Positions 1 to 10,341 of a stretch of DNA of 44,875 bases are shown one piece after another. Origin of the DNA: Octopus bimaculoides (Eukaryota). The stretch covers positions 138,114,111 through 138,158,985 of the forward strand of contig NC_068984.1 in the NCBI RefSeq assembly GCF_001194135.2. The letters run 5' to 3'. A model generated the notes under the pieces. The model was not told the DNA's origin and made no database searches. It saw only the letters and a list, made by a program, of their open reading frames with translations. How positions within the stretch are numbered: position 1 is the stretch's first letter; each line of letters begins with the position of its first letter. Made by a program: the position numbers and the translations under genes.

Positions 1-340
1 GTACCATCTTGAGAGTGTCCATTGCCAGTACCGCCTGACTGGCCTTGTAGGGTTTTCGAGCGAGATCGTTGCCAGTGCCCCTGGACTGGCTCTTGTGCGG
101 GTAGCACATAAAAGACACCATTTTGAGCGTGGCCATTTTCATGCGGGTGACACGTAAACGCACCCACTACACTCTCTGAGTGGTTGGCGTTAGGAAGGGC
201 ATCCAGCTGTAGAAACTCTGCCAAATTAGATTGGAGCCTGGTGTTGCCATCCGGTTTCACCAGTCCTCAGTCAAATCGTCCAACCCATGCTAGCATGGAA
301 AGAGGACGTTAAACGATGATGATGATGATGATGATGATAC
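1..340 (+). mobile_element. 3' end of an RTE-type LINE or related SINE, ending in a (GAT)n tail
   Basis: ggttggcgttaggaagggcatccagctgtagaaac...gacgttaaac(gat)n. Near-identical to 3081-3325. Family assignment is from recall of mollusc RTE 3' UTRs. Confidence 0.6.
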
Positions 341-503
341 ACGATGGGCTTCTTCTAGTTTCTATCTACCAAATCCATTCATATGGCTTTGATCTGCCCA
401 ATGGTATAGTAGAAGACACTTGCTCAAGGTGCCACACAGTGAGACTGAACCTGAAAGCATGTGGTTGGGAAGCAAGCTTCTTACCACACAGCCACTCCTG
501 CAC
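340..503 (-). mobile_element. CORE-type tRNA SINE, 5' part (family A)
   Basis: Reverse complement matches the head of 5993-6417 (gagtggctgtgtggtaag...ttgagcaagtgtcttctactata). Confidence 0.75.
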
Positions 504-904
504 CCATTTGTTTGAATTCCTTTGATGCAATGCATGAAGTAAAGAAGAAAATAAATGTGATAGTTTCTGGGAAAAACATGTTGGATGTTGTGAAATAAAC
601 AAGTGAGAAAAATGGGTCAGAGTTAAAATAGCAAAGAAATAGGTCCTTGTATGAAGTTTAATATTTCAATAACATACTCTATTAAAAAATGAAACCTGAT
701 GTGTTCTTCACTATTTGACTTTAACCCTGTTTTTCTCAGTTGTTTACTTAACAACTTCCAATGGGTTTTCCCATATGCCATGAATAGTTATGTAGAAGGA
801 TGCATTGAAAAATATCAGGACGAGTACTATAACAAAAGTAAACCTACGACACATATCATATCAGTATTTAATCATTGAATTTGTTCCCTTCTAAATGCAC
901 ATGC

Positions 905-1375
905 TTTATCTAGTGTTGTTATCACTGATGGAAGCATTCCTGGAACTCCTTTTCTGAGATAGCAAACAGCTGTGTTATCACATGCTCCTGGATTTCATCA
1001 GTGTCTTGAAATCTTGTCAGGGTGTTCCGCTGCAAGGACTGAGCAATGACTTTGGGGTCGTAGCCATAGACCCATGATTCATTACCTGTTATGACCGTTT
1101 TTGAAATATGTTTGCCTTCCTTGATAACAGTCAAGGAGATTTAGAAATAATACATTTCTAAATCTCTCAGAGAGATTTATGATGTAGTAATACAATGAAG
1201 TAGTTGTATGCTGTCAACTTAATGTGACAGTCCCCGGTCTAATCAACAGTAGTATTATTCCATTCAGGGGACTGTCACATTAAGTTGACAGCATACAACT
1301 ACTTCAGTCAAGGAGATCTTGCACAGCTGAAACCTTATCTTCTTTCTGTGATGATCACAGTCCACACACTTTATA
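905..1375 (-). pseudogene. mariner transposase remnant, interrupted by a fold-back element
   Basis: QKEDKVSAVQDLLD, VITGNESWVYGYDP (ITGDETW-like first D motif) and RFQDTDEIQEHVITQL..ISEKEFQECFHQ. The middle is deleted and the frame is shifted. Confidence 0.75.
1141..1304. mobile_element. fold-back element, copy 1 (hammerhead family 2, tail only)
   Basis: Inverted arms tgaagtagttgtatgctgtcaacttaatgtgacagtcccc / ggggactgtcacattaagttgacagcatacaactacttca. 13-bp TSD cagtcaaggagat at 1128-1140 and 1305-1317. Confidence 0.8.
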
Positions 1376-1389
1376 TCCAAGCAGAATAA

Positions 1390-1565
1390 TCTTTTCTACT
1401 CTAGGCACAAGGCCTGAAATTTTTTTTTAGGGGTGGAGGCGGGGCAGTCAATTGGTACTTAATTTATCGACCCTGAAAGGATGAAAGGCAATTTCGAACT
1501 TGGCTGCTCTTTGAACTCAGAACGTAAAGACAGATGAAATACTACTTAGCATTTCACCCGGCATG
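1390..1565 (-). mobile_element. tRNA SINE family B fragment
   Basis: Reverse complement of the gcctttcatcctttcggggtcgataaattaagtacc core. Runs into a gap. Confidence 0.65.
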
Positions 1566-1806
1566 NNNNNNNNNNNNNNNNNNNNNNNNNNNNNNNNNNN
1601 NNNNNNNNNNNNNNNNNNNNNNNNNNNNNNNNNNNNNNNNNNNNNNNNNNNNNNNNNNNNNNNNNNNNNNNNNNNNNNNNNNNNNNNNNNNNNNNNNNNN
1701 NNNNNNNNNNNNNNNNNNNNNNNNNNNNNNNNNNNNNNNNNNNNNNNNNNNNNNNNNNNNNNNNNNNNNNNNNNNNNNNNNTATATATATATGTACACAC
1801 ACATAA

Positions 1807-1852
<46 letters not shown>

Positions 1853-1948
1853 TGTATGTATGTATGTATGTATAATTATATTTATGTATGTGCATATAAA
1901 AAACCTATTGGAAGGCAAATTTCCTAAAAAACTATTATTTTGATTTAA

Positions 1949-2165
1949 CCCTTTAGCATTTAAACTGGCTAAACTCAACCAAAATATTCTACTTTATGTT
2001 CAAACTGACTAGATCCACCCTTTCCTACTTACTCTGCAATGTCATTCTAAGAATAAAGCAGTCACATCACTGAAATCTTGAAGTAACGAGATAATGTATG
2101 ATTGATTCAAAACAATGTGAATAAATAAATATTACATTTGCGAGAGTAATATAAATGCTAAAGGG
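1949..2165. mobile_element. piggyBac-type MITE
   Basis: Perfect 14-bp TIR ccctttagcattta/taaatgctaaaggg flanked by TTAA at 1945-1948 and 2166-2169. 217 bp, non-coding. Confidence 0.8.
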
Positions 2166-2570
2166 TTAATAATATATTCAAATAAACGAGAAAAAGAAAA
2201 TTTTTAAAAAATGAGATTTATAGAGCTTTACATAAATTGTGAAAGCAATTGTTAATGATTTCAATTTTATTATCTTCCATAATGTCCTGCAAAATGCTAT
2301 TTAAAAGAAATGCTTTAAATACAGTTGGCGCTGGGAATGAGTTAATGCAATGTGGAAGACTAGTTTAAATATATACATATATATATACAAATTGAATAAA
2401 AACAGTAGCTCATTATGGATCGGAATAGATAGTGGATAAAATCATGCTAAAACATTGAAGTGGGTTATTTGATTCATAGCAATCTAAATAGAGATTTCAG
2501 GCAACAAATCTTTTTACATTTTATTTTAACATTAACATTAGATTAGATTAGATTAGATTAGAATTAGATT

Positions 2571-2777
2571 AAGGTGGTAAACTGGCAGAATTGTTAGCAC
2601 GCCCAGCAAAATGCTTAGTAGCACTTTGTTAGTCTTTATGGTCTAAGTTCAAATTCTGCCACAGTCAGCTTTGCCTGTCATCATTTCGGGGTCAATAAAT
2701 AAGTACCAGTTGAACACTGAGGTTAATGTAATCAACTCTCCTGAAATTGCTGGCCTTGTGCCAAAATTTGAAACCAA
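2571..2777 (+). mobile_element. tRNA SINE family B
   Basis: aaggtggtaaactggcagaattgttagcac head, B-box-like gttcaaattc, ggggtcaataaataagtaccag core, tttgaaacc tail. Confidence 0.7.
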
Positions 2778-3068
2778 AATTAGAATTAGATGATTACTTT
2801 TATAAGCTGTTTCCAGGAAATGAAACTGTTTTAATTCCACACTCTTTGAATGACTCTGGATGAGAAATATAGAACAAATAGTATCTAATTTTTTAAAAGA
2901 ATAGCAAAGCTCTTTTGGCCTAAAATAGTAATTATTTCTATACGAGTAGCAGGTATTTGGTATTAATCAGACTATTCTTTTATCCTTTTACTAGATTCAG
3001 TCAAGGGACTGAGATCATGCTGAGACACTGCTCTGAAGGATTTTAGTAAAACAAAACAACCCCGGTAT

Positions 3069-3293
3069 TTAGAAACAATGCACATAAAAGACACCATTTC
3101 GAGCGTGGCCGTTCTCGTGCGGGTGACACGTAAAAGCACCCACTACACTCTCTGAGTGGTTGGCGCTAGGAAGGGCATCCAGCTGTAGAAACTCTGCCAA
3201 ATTAGATTGGAGCCTGGTGTTGCCATCCGGTTTCACCAGTCCTCAGTCAAATCGTCCAACCCATGCTAGCATGGAAGGCGGACGTTAAACGAC

Positions 3294-3325
<32 letters not shown>

Positions 3326-3702
3326 CATTTCTAAATCTCTCAGAGAGATTTATGCAGTAGTGATACGATGAAGTAGTTGTATGCTGTCAACTTAATGTGA
3401 CAGTCTCCTGAAGGGAATAATACTACTGTTGGTTAGATCTAGGAAGCTGCACCGCTTCCTGTCGGCCTTGACACATTTCCTGTGTCCTTATGTTTACAAG
3501 GGGGAGACAAAGACAAGCAAAGACTCAGAAACATGTCTCTGGATGCAGGCTTAGCTGGGTGGAGGTGCTTGTCTCCCCTTTGTAAACATAAGGACACAGG
3601 AAATGTGTCAAGGCTGACGGGAAGCGGTGGTGCTTCCTAGGTCTAACCAAAGTAGTATTATTCCCTTCAGGGGACTGTCACATTAAGTTGACAGCATACA
3701 AC
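3069..3702. mobile_element. fold-back element, copy 2 (about 135-bp arms, half hammerhead in loop), with nested RTE tail
   Basis: Arms 3376-3510 and 3569-3702 are near-perfect reverse complements. The loop contains aaagactcagaaacatgtctctgga. TSD acaacccc(g/a)gtattt at 3056-3070 and 3698-3712. Confidence 0.8.
3081..3325 (+). mobile_element. RTE-type 3' end with (GAT)n tail, inserted in the fold-back element terminus
   Basis: Near-identical to 106-340. It splits the ttagaaataat|acatttcta terminal hairpin that is intact at 1141. Confidence 0.7.
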
Positions 3703-4286
3703 CCCAGTATTTGTTTATTTAGTTTCCTATCCACACTATTCACTGCCCCTTGTGCATCGTAGAGCTGCCAGTTTTCTCTCCTCCGATGTTGAAAACACCA
3801 CATGTATAACTGTCCATGGGATTCAAACCAAGAAAGCTCAGAAGCCACATAAGGATTTGGGTCACATGACCACATGGTTCTTCTGGGTCTTACTCAAAAC
3901 TCTTTCTCTTTCTTCTCCTTATCATGTAAAATTTGTACCTGATGTCCTCATGCACCAACACATCTGACAGTAAACCACCTTTTTGAGGCAGATGGGCCTC
4001 AAATACTGAGGTTGTCGATGGTGACCTTGATCTAATGAGCCAGCTTGAGTATCCTGATGATTCTGAACTGTTGAGAATACTTATCTTTCTTAGTTGGCCA
4101 CGAGTGACACATCACCACCAGAAGCTTCCAGTTCTTTCCTGATCCTGAACAGGAAGGATCCATATTCTAAAAGCTGGTGATCTCTGAATCACTGTGGACA
4201 AAATCACTGTGGACAAAATGACTTTTCAGTCTCTTAGCCAGGTTGTCATGTGGATTCTAACAATACATCGGAATTAGAAATAAAAC

Positions 4287-4408
4287 ACAGTTCTATATTT
4301 AAGAGATGAAGAATTATGTACATTATTTACATTTGATGGATATATGGCATAGTGGTTAAGAGCGCGGGCTACTAACCCCAAGATTCTGAGTTCGATTCCA
4401 GGCAGTGA

Positions 4409-4444
<36 letters not shown>

Positions 4445-4588
4445 CATCGAAAAATACCTTAGGAATGAGAACCCAAGTTTGAAATTTCCCCCAAGACACC
4501 TGATGAAGGCTGGAGGGTATATCAACCGAAACGTTGTGTTAATAACAAACAAGATGAGGACAAATATCCGTCAAATGTAAATAATGTA
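4287..4588 (+). mobile_element. tRNA-headed hammerhead element (family 1), copy 1, with inverted 3'-end copy at its 5' side
   Basis: A box TGGCATAGTGG at 4345-4355, B box GTTCGATTCC at 4390-4399, (AAT)9, hammerhead at 4496-4539. 4287-4343 is the reverse complement of the family 3' end. Candidate TSD tagaaata(a/t)aa at 4275-4285 and 4587-4597. Confidence 0.8.
4496..4539 (+). ncRNA. minimal type I hammerhead ribozyme motif
   Basis: Stem I acac/gtgt, core CUGAUGA at 4500-4506, extra A, stem II ggctg/caacc (one mismatch), GAAA at 4528-4531, palindromic stem III ACGU. Predicted cut after GUU (4535). Confidence 0.7.
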
Positions 4589-4841
4589 GAAATATAATAG
4601 TCAAAATTTAGCATTTTACAGGTAACATTACACCAGGTGGTTTTCATGGCCAAATAAAGTTTGCTCACAAAATACCTGGCATATTTTGTATTGTTATTTT
4701 CATTGTAGACATTGTATACCCTATATCTTACATCATATTCTTTGATGCATGAAATTGTATTGAAATATATTTAAACCTTGATTAGTATCTTGGAAGAAAA
4801 CAAGAAATTAACAATCAATATACTTTTGATAACATACTTAC

Positions 4842-5117
4842 GTGAGCAATGAATATACAGGCTTTTATCCCATTCGTAACTGTGACTAAAAACATGTGGC
4901 ATTGCCATGATGAAAGAACCCAAACTGAAGACAATGAAACCACATCCAAGCCAACGTAGTTTGTAGCTCATTGCTCCTTTGAAGCAAACAAATAAAGCAA
5001 CTGGTGCTCCTGTGATATCATAAACACTGGGAATCCAACTTGACATTTTACTGGAAAATTCAAACCGTTTTTCTATTGTGCTCAAGTTTGCATTGATTGC
5101 TCCATTAACGATAAAAC
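4842..5117 (-). CDS. SLCO4A1-like: OATP/SLCO coding exon 2 (GFIVNGAINANLSTIEKRFEFSSKMSSWIPSVYDITGAPVALFVCFKGAMSYKLRWLGCGFIVFSLGSFIMAMPHVFSHSYEWDKSLYIHCS)
   Basis: Acceptor ttttttcttgtag| ends at 5118 and donor TCAC|gtaagt is at 4841. The exon is 276 nt, phase 1/1. It carries the OATP TM1-TM3 signature (NG..STIEKRF..S..YDI..RWLG.G..G..PH). No downstream exon was found in the window. Confidence 0.92.
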
Positions 5118-5434
5118 CTACAAGAAAAAAAAAATCGAAAGCAATTTGTTCATAGGGAGGAGATAAATCGTTTGAATCGACTTTTGAATATTACAGATAC
5201 TTATTTAAATGATTTCTATTATATTATTATGGTCGGGTTCCAACGCAGGCCCTTATCATTTTGGCCTTTCAATAGCTTAACACTGCTCTCTTTCTTTTCA
5301 GATGGGGAAACCACGTAATCACCTCTTCAGCAAGACAATTGCTCCTGGCCCTTCATCATGCTTTCACACTCTTTAACCCTAAACTCTACTCAGTTGAAGG
5401 GGCTCTTACTTTGAAAGTATTTAGTGACTTCACT

Positions 5435-5645
5435 GATGCTGGTGGCACGAAAAATAAAAATTAAAAAACGGGCCATAACACATTCTGTAAAGTGGTTGGT
5501 GTTAGCAAGAGAATCTAGCTGTAGAAACCATACCGAAACAAACAGTGGAGATTAGCACAACCCTCTGCTGGCTCGTCGGTTCCAGTCAAACCATGCAACC
5601 CAAGCAAAAAAGACATTAAACAAGGATTATGATTAAGACGATGAC
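5435..5645 (+). mobile_element. degenerate RTE-type 3' end in SLCO intron
   Basis: Diverged match to 1-340 (gtggttggtgttagcaagagaatctagctgtagaaacc...gacattaaac). Confidence 0.5.
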
Positions 5646-5713
5646 TTTCGTATTACAGTAATCAATATTATTTCTGAAAGGTAACCGAGGAACAGGAAGG
5701 TAAAACAACACAC

Positions 5714-5900
5714 CTTGAATGAAAGCAATATAACACAGAATCATAAGGACGATCTTAGGTCGATTGAACACTTGCATCCACTGCGGCCGAAAGCGTCCGA
5801 AACCATAACGCAGGTCTTTCTTGTCTGCGTCTGTATTAATCCGGGCTCTAATTTCTGGTGTGTTATTTCCAGCAAACTCATTTAAAGTCTCGTTCTCCAT
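5714..5900 (-). CDS. SLCO4A1-like: OATP/SLCO organic anion transporter, first coding exon (MENETL...YGFGRFRPQWMQVFNRPKIVLMILCYIAFIQ-G)
   Basis: ATG at 5900-5898, preceded 4 nt upstream by an acceptor (ttattttacag|aattATG). Donor CAAG|gtgtgt at 5713. The peptide resembles the SLCO4 N-terminal motif before TM1 and joins exon 2 in phase 1 to give QGFIVNG. Confidence 0.88.
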
Positions 5901-5992
5901 AATTCTGTAAAAATAATGAGAGATTTGTTAATCAGAGGAGCATGTCTGTATCTATTTATCATATAACAATTGGAAGTAATATATTTATGAAC

Positions 5993-6156
5993 AGGCGCAG
6001 GAGTGGCTGTGTGGTAAGTAGCTTGCTTACCAACCACATGGTTCCGGGTTCAGTCCCACTGCGTGGCATCTTGGGCAAGTGTCTTCTACTATAGTCTCGG
6101 GCCAACCAAAGCCTTGTGAGTGGATTGGGTAGACGGAAACTGAAAGAAGCCCGTCG

Positions 6157-6207
<51 letters not shown>

Positions 6208-6417
6208 TTGTGTGTCTTTGTTTGTCGCTCCAACATCGCTTGACAACCGATGCTGGTGTGTTTACGTCCCCGTAACTTAGCGGTTCGGCAAAGGGTACGA
6301 TAAAATAAGTACTAGGCTTACAATGAATAAGTCCTGGGGTCGATATGCTCGACTAAAGGCGGTGCTCCAACATAGCCGCAGTCAAATGACTGAAACAAGT
6401 AAAAGAGTAAAAGAGTA
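5993..6417 (+). mobile_element. CORE-type tRNA SINE family A, full length
   Basis: tRNA-like head, CORE-like ttgggcaagtgtcttctactata, internal (TA)n(TG)n, tail ccgcagtcaaatgactgaaacaagtaaaagagta. Confidence 0.8.
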
Positions 6418-6422
6418 TATTA

Positions 6423-6949
6423 TTGGGTTGTCAGATAAAGTCGTTCGTTCTTTCGTTTTCTACTTGGTACTCCATCGTCATATGTCTAGAAGGAGATATA
6501 AATTTATTTAAATTTCGAAAACAATAAACAAAAGTTGTAGAGGAAATATCACGTGATCACGTGACCGACCATACTATCAGATGTTGTTACACATCGCTGG
6601 TCACAGTACATTTTGCATCGTTTTAGCCTTCGAATAATGCTACCCTGCTGGCTAGTCGAGCAGACCAACATACCTCCCTGACCGAAAGTGGGGACTGGAG
6701 CAACGTGAAATGAAATGTTTTGCTGAAGGACACAACGCACGGTCCGGTCTGAGAGTCGAACCAAAGATCTAGTGATCGTAAGTGGGCCACGCTCCTTCAC
6801 AAAGGAAATATAGAGTACAAAAGAAAAAAACAAAAAACAAACCCTAAACTACGATAAAGATAAAGTTTTGTATTAATCCAAACAACACTGGAAAGGATTA
6901 AGATAAATGGTGGTGAGGAGGAAACGAACGAATTTATCTGACAACTCAT
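6423..6949. mobile_element. non-autonomous mariner derivative (same TIR family as 12659-13903)
   Basis: TIRs ttgggttgtcagataaagtcgttcgtt / aacgaacgaatttatctgacaactcat, with TA at 6421-6422 and 6950-6951. No transposase. Confidence 0.75.
6549..6795 (-). mobile_element. tRNA SINE nested in the mariner derivative
   Basis: Reverse complement reads ggttcgactctcagaccggaccgtgcgttgtgtccttcagcaaaacatttcatttcacgttgctccagtc, a head related to family D. Confidence 0.65.
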
Positions 6950-6985
6950 TACCTTATAAAGATAAAAACAACACGATCTTAAATC

Positions 6986-7255
6986 TTAGGCACTCCGTCG
7001 GTTACGACGATGAAGGTTCCAGTTGATCCGATCAACGGAACAGCCTACTCGTGAAATTAATGTATACTTAACGTAGTTCTCGGGGAGATTCAGCGTGACA
7101 CAGAGTGTGACAAGGCTGTCCCTTTGAAATACAGGTACAACAGAAACAGGAAGAAAGAGTGAGAGAATGTTGTGATGAAAGAGCACAGAAGGGATCGCCA
7201 CCATCCCCTGCCGGAGCCTCGTGGAGCTTTAGGTGTTTTCGCTCAATAAACACTC
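6986..7255 (-). mobile_element. SINE family C (5'-truncated), back to back with a family A 3' half at about 7265-7440 (+)
   Basis: Reverse complement matches the body and tail of 10609-11000. Confidence 0.75.
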
Positions 7256-7660
7256 CCAACGGGCTGATCAAAGCCTTGTAAGTGGATTTGGTAGACGGAA
7301 ACTGGAAGAAGCCCGTCGTATATGTATATATATGTATGTGTGTGTATATGTTTGTGTGTCTGTGTTTGTCCCCCCAACATCGCTTGACAACCGATGCTGG
7401 TGTGTTTACAACCCTGTAACTTAGCGGTTCGGCAAAAGAGATACAGTAAGGATGACAAGAGAAGGAGGAATGTGAATGTAGGGTAGATAGTTTGGAAGAG
7501 AAGAGATTATGGTAGCAGAAGTAGAAGGAATAATGAAGAGCTACAAGGCACTTGTGAGTCTATGTGGTAATACGTTGGGGGAAGGTCTTTGTATCGTGTA
7601 TCATGTCTCTTATACAGCAGCAGAACTATAACAGATATATGAGCAATATTCCAATGTAAA

Positions 7661-7800
7661 TCTTACCTGCAATTTATAGGTTTCAGCAACTGACTAGATT
7701 TGAAATATTTCCTGACCTCGAAAAAATAGTCTTCGAGATGAAGTTTAGAGCAGAGTTAAAGATGTGAGGTCACCATATGAATTCACCAGAGATTGTGAAG
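7661..7800 (-). other. possible non-coding 5' UTR exon of the SLCO gene (3' boundary only)
   Basis: Strong donor GCAG|gtaaga at 7666 on the SLCO strand, in unique sequence. The acceptor just upstream of the SLCO ATG requires an upstream exon. The 5' boundary is unknown. Confidence 0.25.
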
Positions 7801-8130
7801 CCTGGCATTTGTAACGCTTTTGTAGGGGTCGTGTGATCCATAATTGTCTCCTATATTACATTTCATACATTCACACCTGCATTTCTTTCCTTGGTGTAAT
7901 TTGTGGTTAACAAGGAGAGAGATTTCACTAGAATATTCAATCAATGGAAACTTGCTATCAAGGATTCTGGAATGAAAATATAATGGTAGATTATTGCTAG
8001 ATGTTATATTGTGACGGCACAATGTATAACTCACATTTTTTATTAGATATTTGTGGCAAATATATATATATTATATGCATATAAACTTACACGTTTAATA
8101 AAATGTATGCAAATAAACATTATTTTAATT

Positions 8131-8168
<38 letters not shown>

Positions 8169-9688
8169 CGTGTACGCACACATACACACTAATGTGTGTG
8201 CGCAGTCAGTTCGTAAATGTTTTAGTTACGTCATTCCCAAAACTTCAGGCCTACGTTAAAAAATTATTATTATTAGCGGTACTCGTGAATATGTCACGAA
8301 ATTAAGGATAAACTTATTGGGTTATTTCTGAAAGCTTTATCCAAATAAAAACCTGAAAGCCTAGCTTGTGTTGTGTCTGTATCAAAAGACTGTCACTCCT
8401 CAGCAACTCATTGAAAAGTAAAGGAAATTAAAATACGATGATTACTCAATGCACTTCATATATACACTTTATATACTCTATGCACTTCATATATACACTT
8501 TATATATTCTATGCACAATTTTATAGACTTAATACACAGAACTCTCCCTCTTTCTCTCTCAATCTTCGCCTTACCCTCTTTTTCTCTATCCTTTTTCTTT
8601 CGCTCTTCGCCTTCCCCTTCAACGAATCACGTGAAAGTGTTACAGACGGGCTAAGTAACGGAGAGAAAAAATACTTAGTTAAAAAAAATTACACATTTCA
8701 CCCACTACCACCACCTTTCCTTCCTCCCACATCTCCCTCACCGCCTCCTTCAATTAATCAAGTGGAAGTGTTACAGACGGGCTAAGTAACGGAGGAGCTA
8801 GCAAAGTTATTATAAGATTATTATTGTTATTTGTAACAGCCATCTAAATTAGCTCTTAAATTGGATTGAAATGACCGAAACGATACAAATACATTATATT
8901 TAAGATATAAAGATGTTTTCCGAAGTTCTGTGAGAACTATTTCTTATCTGGTTGTTTACTCCGTCAGGCAACAGAGTTCAATAAACTAGTTCATGATTTG
9001 TTTCAAGGCTTAAAATTTAAAGGGAAGCCATATAAACTTTTTAAATAATGACTTCTGTTATAATTTAATCAGAAATTATGGTAGATGTGATGTATATTGT
9101 CTTAAGAGCATGCTGCTATCAAAGACATAAGTTGCCATAATATTAAATGAAACCTTTCTTTTTAAATAAATGAATTTTACATCAAAGTATCCACGTTGTA
9201 AAAATAATTGTGTATTAGTTATTTTTTTTTTAATGTTGCATTTTGTGAACATTAGCGCCGATGGGTATAGGTTTTCGACCGTCTAATCTTGTCCACTATA
9301 TTTCAGATTTAACAATAATAAAGATGCGCCACTATACAGCAGATCTAGTTCAAAAGGCACCGGTTTCTCGCTGACGTTTACACCCTTCGCAAATATACAC
9401 AAAATCACACACACACACACACACACTCGACGGGCTTCAACAACAAATTTCACTCATAAGTTATTGGTCAATCTGAGGCTACGTTAAGGGTTAGTTGCCG
9501 AAGATATCACGCAATGGGATCGAACTCAAATTGCTAAGACAGTTTATATTATTGAACATTGACAGACACAACACACATATACAGACAAACAGACACACTC
9601 ACACACAGGCACACAAATACACTGACACAGATTCTGCAAGACAAAATAAATATTCCAAGATGTCTGAAACAACAATTTTTTAAGTGTA

Positions 9689-10038
9689 CAGTAATCAATC
9701 CCTCGCTATATCACGGTTCACCTATCGCGGTTCACATATCGCGGTTCACCTATCGTGGTTCACATATCGCGGTTCACTATCGCGGTTCACTATCGCGGTT
9801 CACCTATTGCGGTTCACATATCGCGGTTCACCTATCGCGGTTCACATATCGCGGTTCACCTATCGCGGTTCACATATCGCGGTTTATTATTCAAGGTTAC
9901 GTTGATTCCTCTGTGGTGTTTTGCATTTATAATAAAATTAATATATACAAATTATAAAAACAAAAAAAAAATATACAGTATTGTTTCTAATTCGCGGTTT
10001 TTGGAACGTAACACCCGCGATAGTCGAGAGATTGCTTG
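9689..10038. mobile_element. Tigger/pogo-like MITE with amplified subterminal repeat
   Basis: TA|cagtaatc(aatc)cctcgctatatcacgg at left. ggaacgtaacacccgcgatagtcgagagattgcttg at right, a degenerate inverted match. Confidence 0.6.
9715..9880. repeat. minisatellite, 12 x 14-bp ggttcac(c/a)tatcgc
   Basis: Units counted directly. Two units are 13 bp, and C and A variants alternate. Confidence 0.95.
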
Positions 10039-10200
10039 TCTGCATGACATTTTGGCGAATGTAGTTGCGTTTAATCAGCAAATATTAAATATGGTGATTG
10101 GTGAGAGATATAATAAAAGAGTGAAAAATAGAATTGTGAACTTAAGCAAACAAAATTTGAAGATTTATAAAGATACTATAATTAAACTGGGACAAGGGAG

Positions 10201-10273
<73 letters not shown>

Positions 10274-10310
10274 GTAGGTAGATAGATAGATAGATAGATA
10301 CGTAGGTAGG

Positions 10311-10340
<30 letters not shown>
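10201..10340. repeat. (GATA)n microsatellite
   Basis: Directly visible, with a few GGTA variants. Confidence 0.95.

Positions 10341-10341
<1 letters not shown>

Noticed and set aside
4054-4085. CTGATGA as a hammerhead core
   Set aside because: No GAAA follows the short stem.
4342-4410. tRNA gene (also the other SINE heads)
   Set aside because: A and B boxes are present but no acceptor stem closes, and each head is fused to a repeat body, so these are SINE heads.
1-4800. SLCO exon 3
   Set aside because: No minus-strand frame with the expected G.G..P...LG..Y.D TM4 motif was found. It lies outside the window or in the 1566-1781 gap.
8635-8794. Two 29-bp repeats with a spacer as a mini-CRISPR
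   Set aside because: Only two units, a spacer of about 100 nt, and no cas genes.
9715-9880. Regular repeat array as a possible CRISPR
   Set aside because: Contiguous 14-bp units with no unique spacers, no cas genes and a eukaryotic context.
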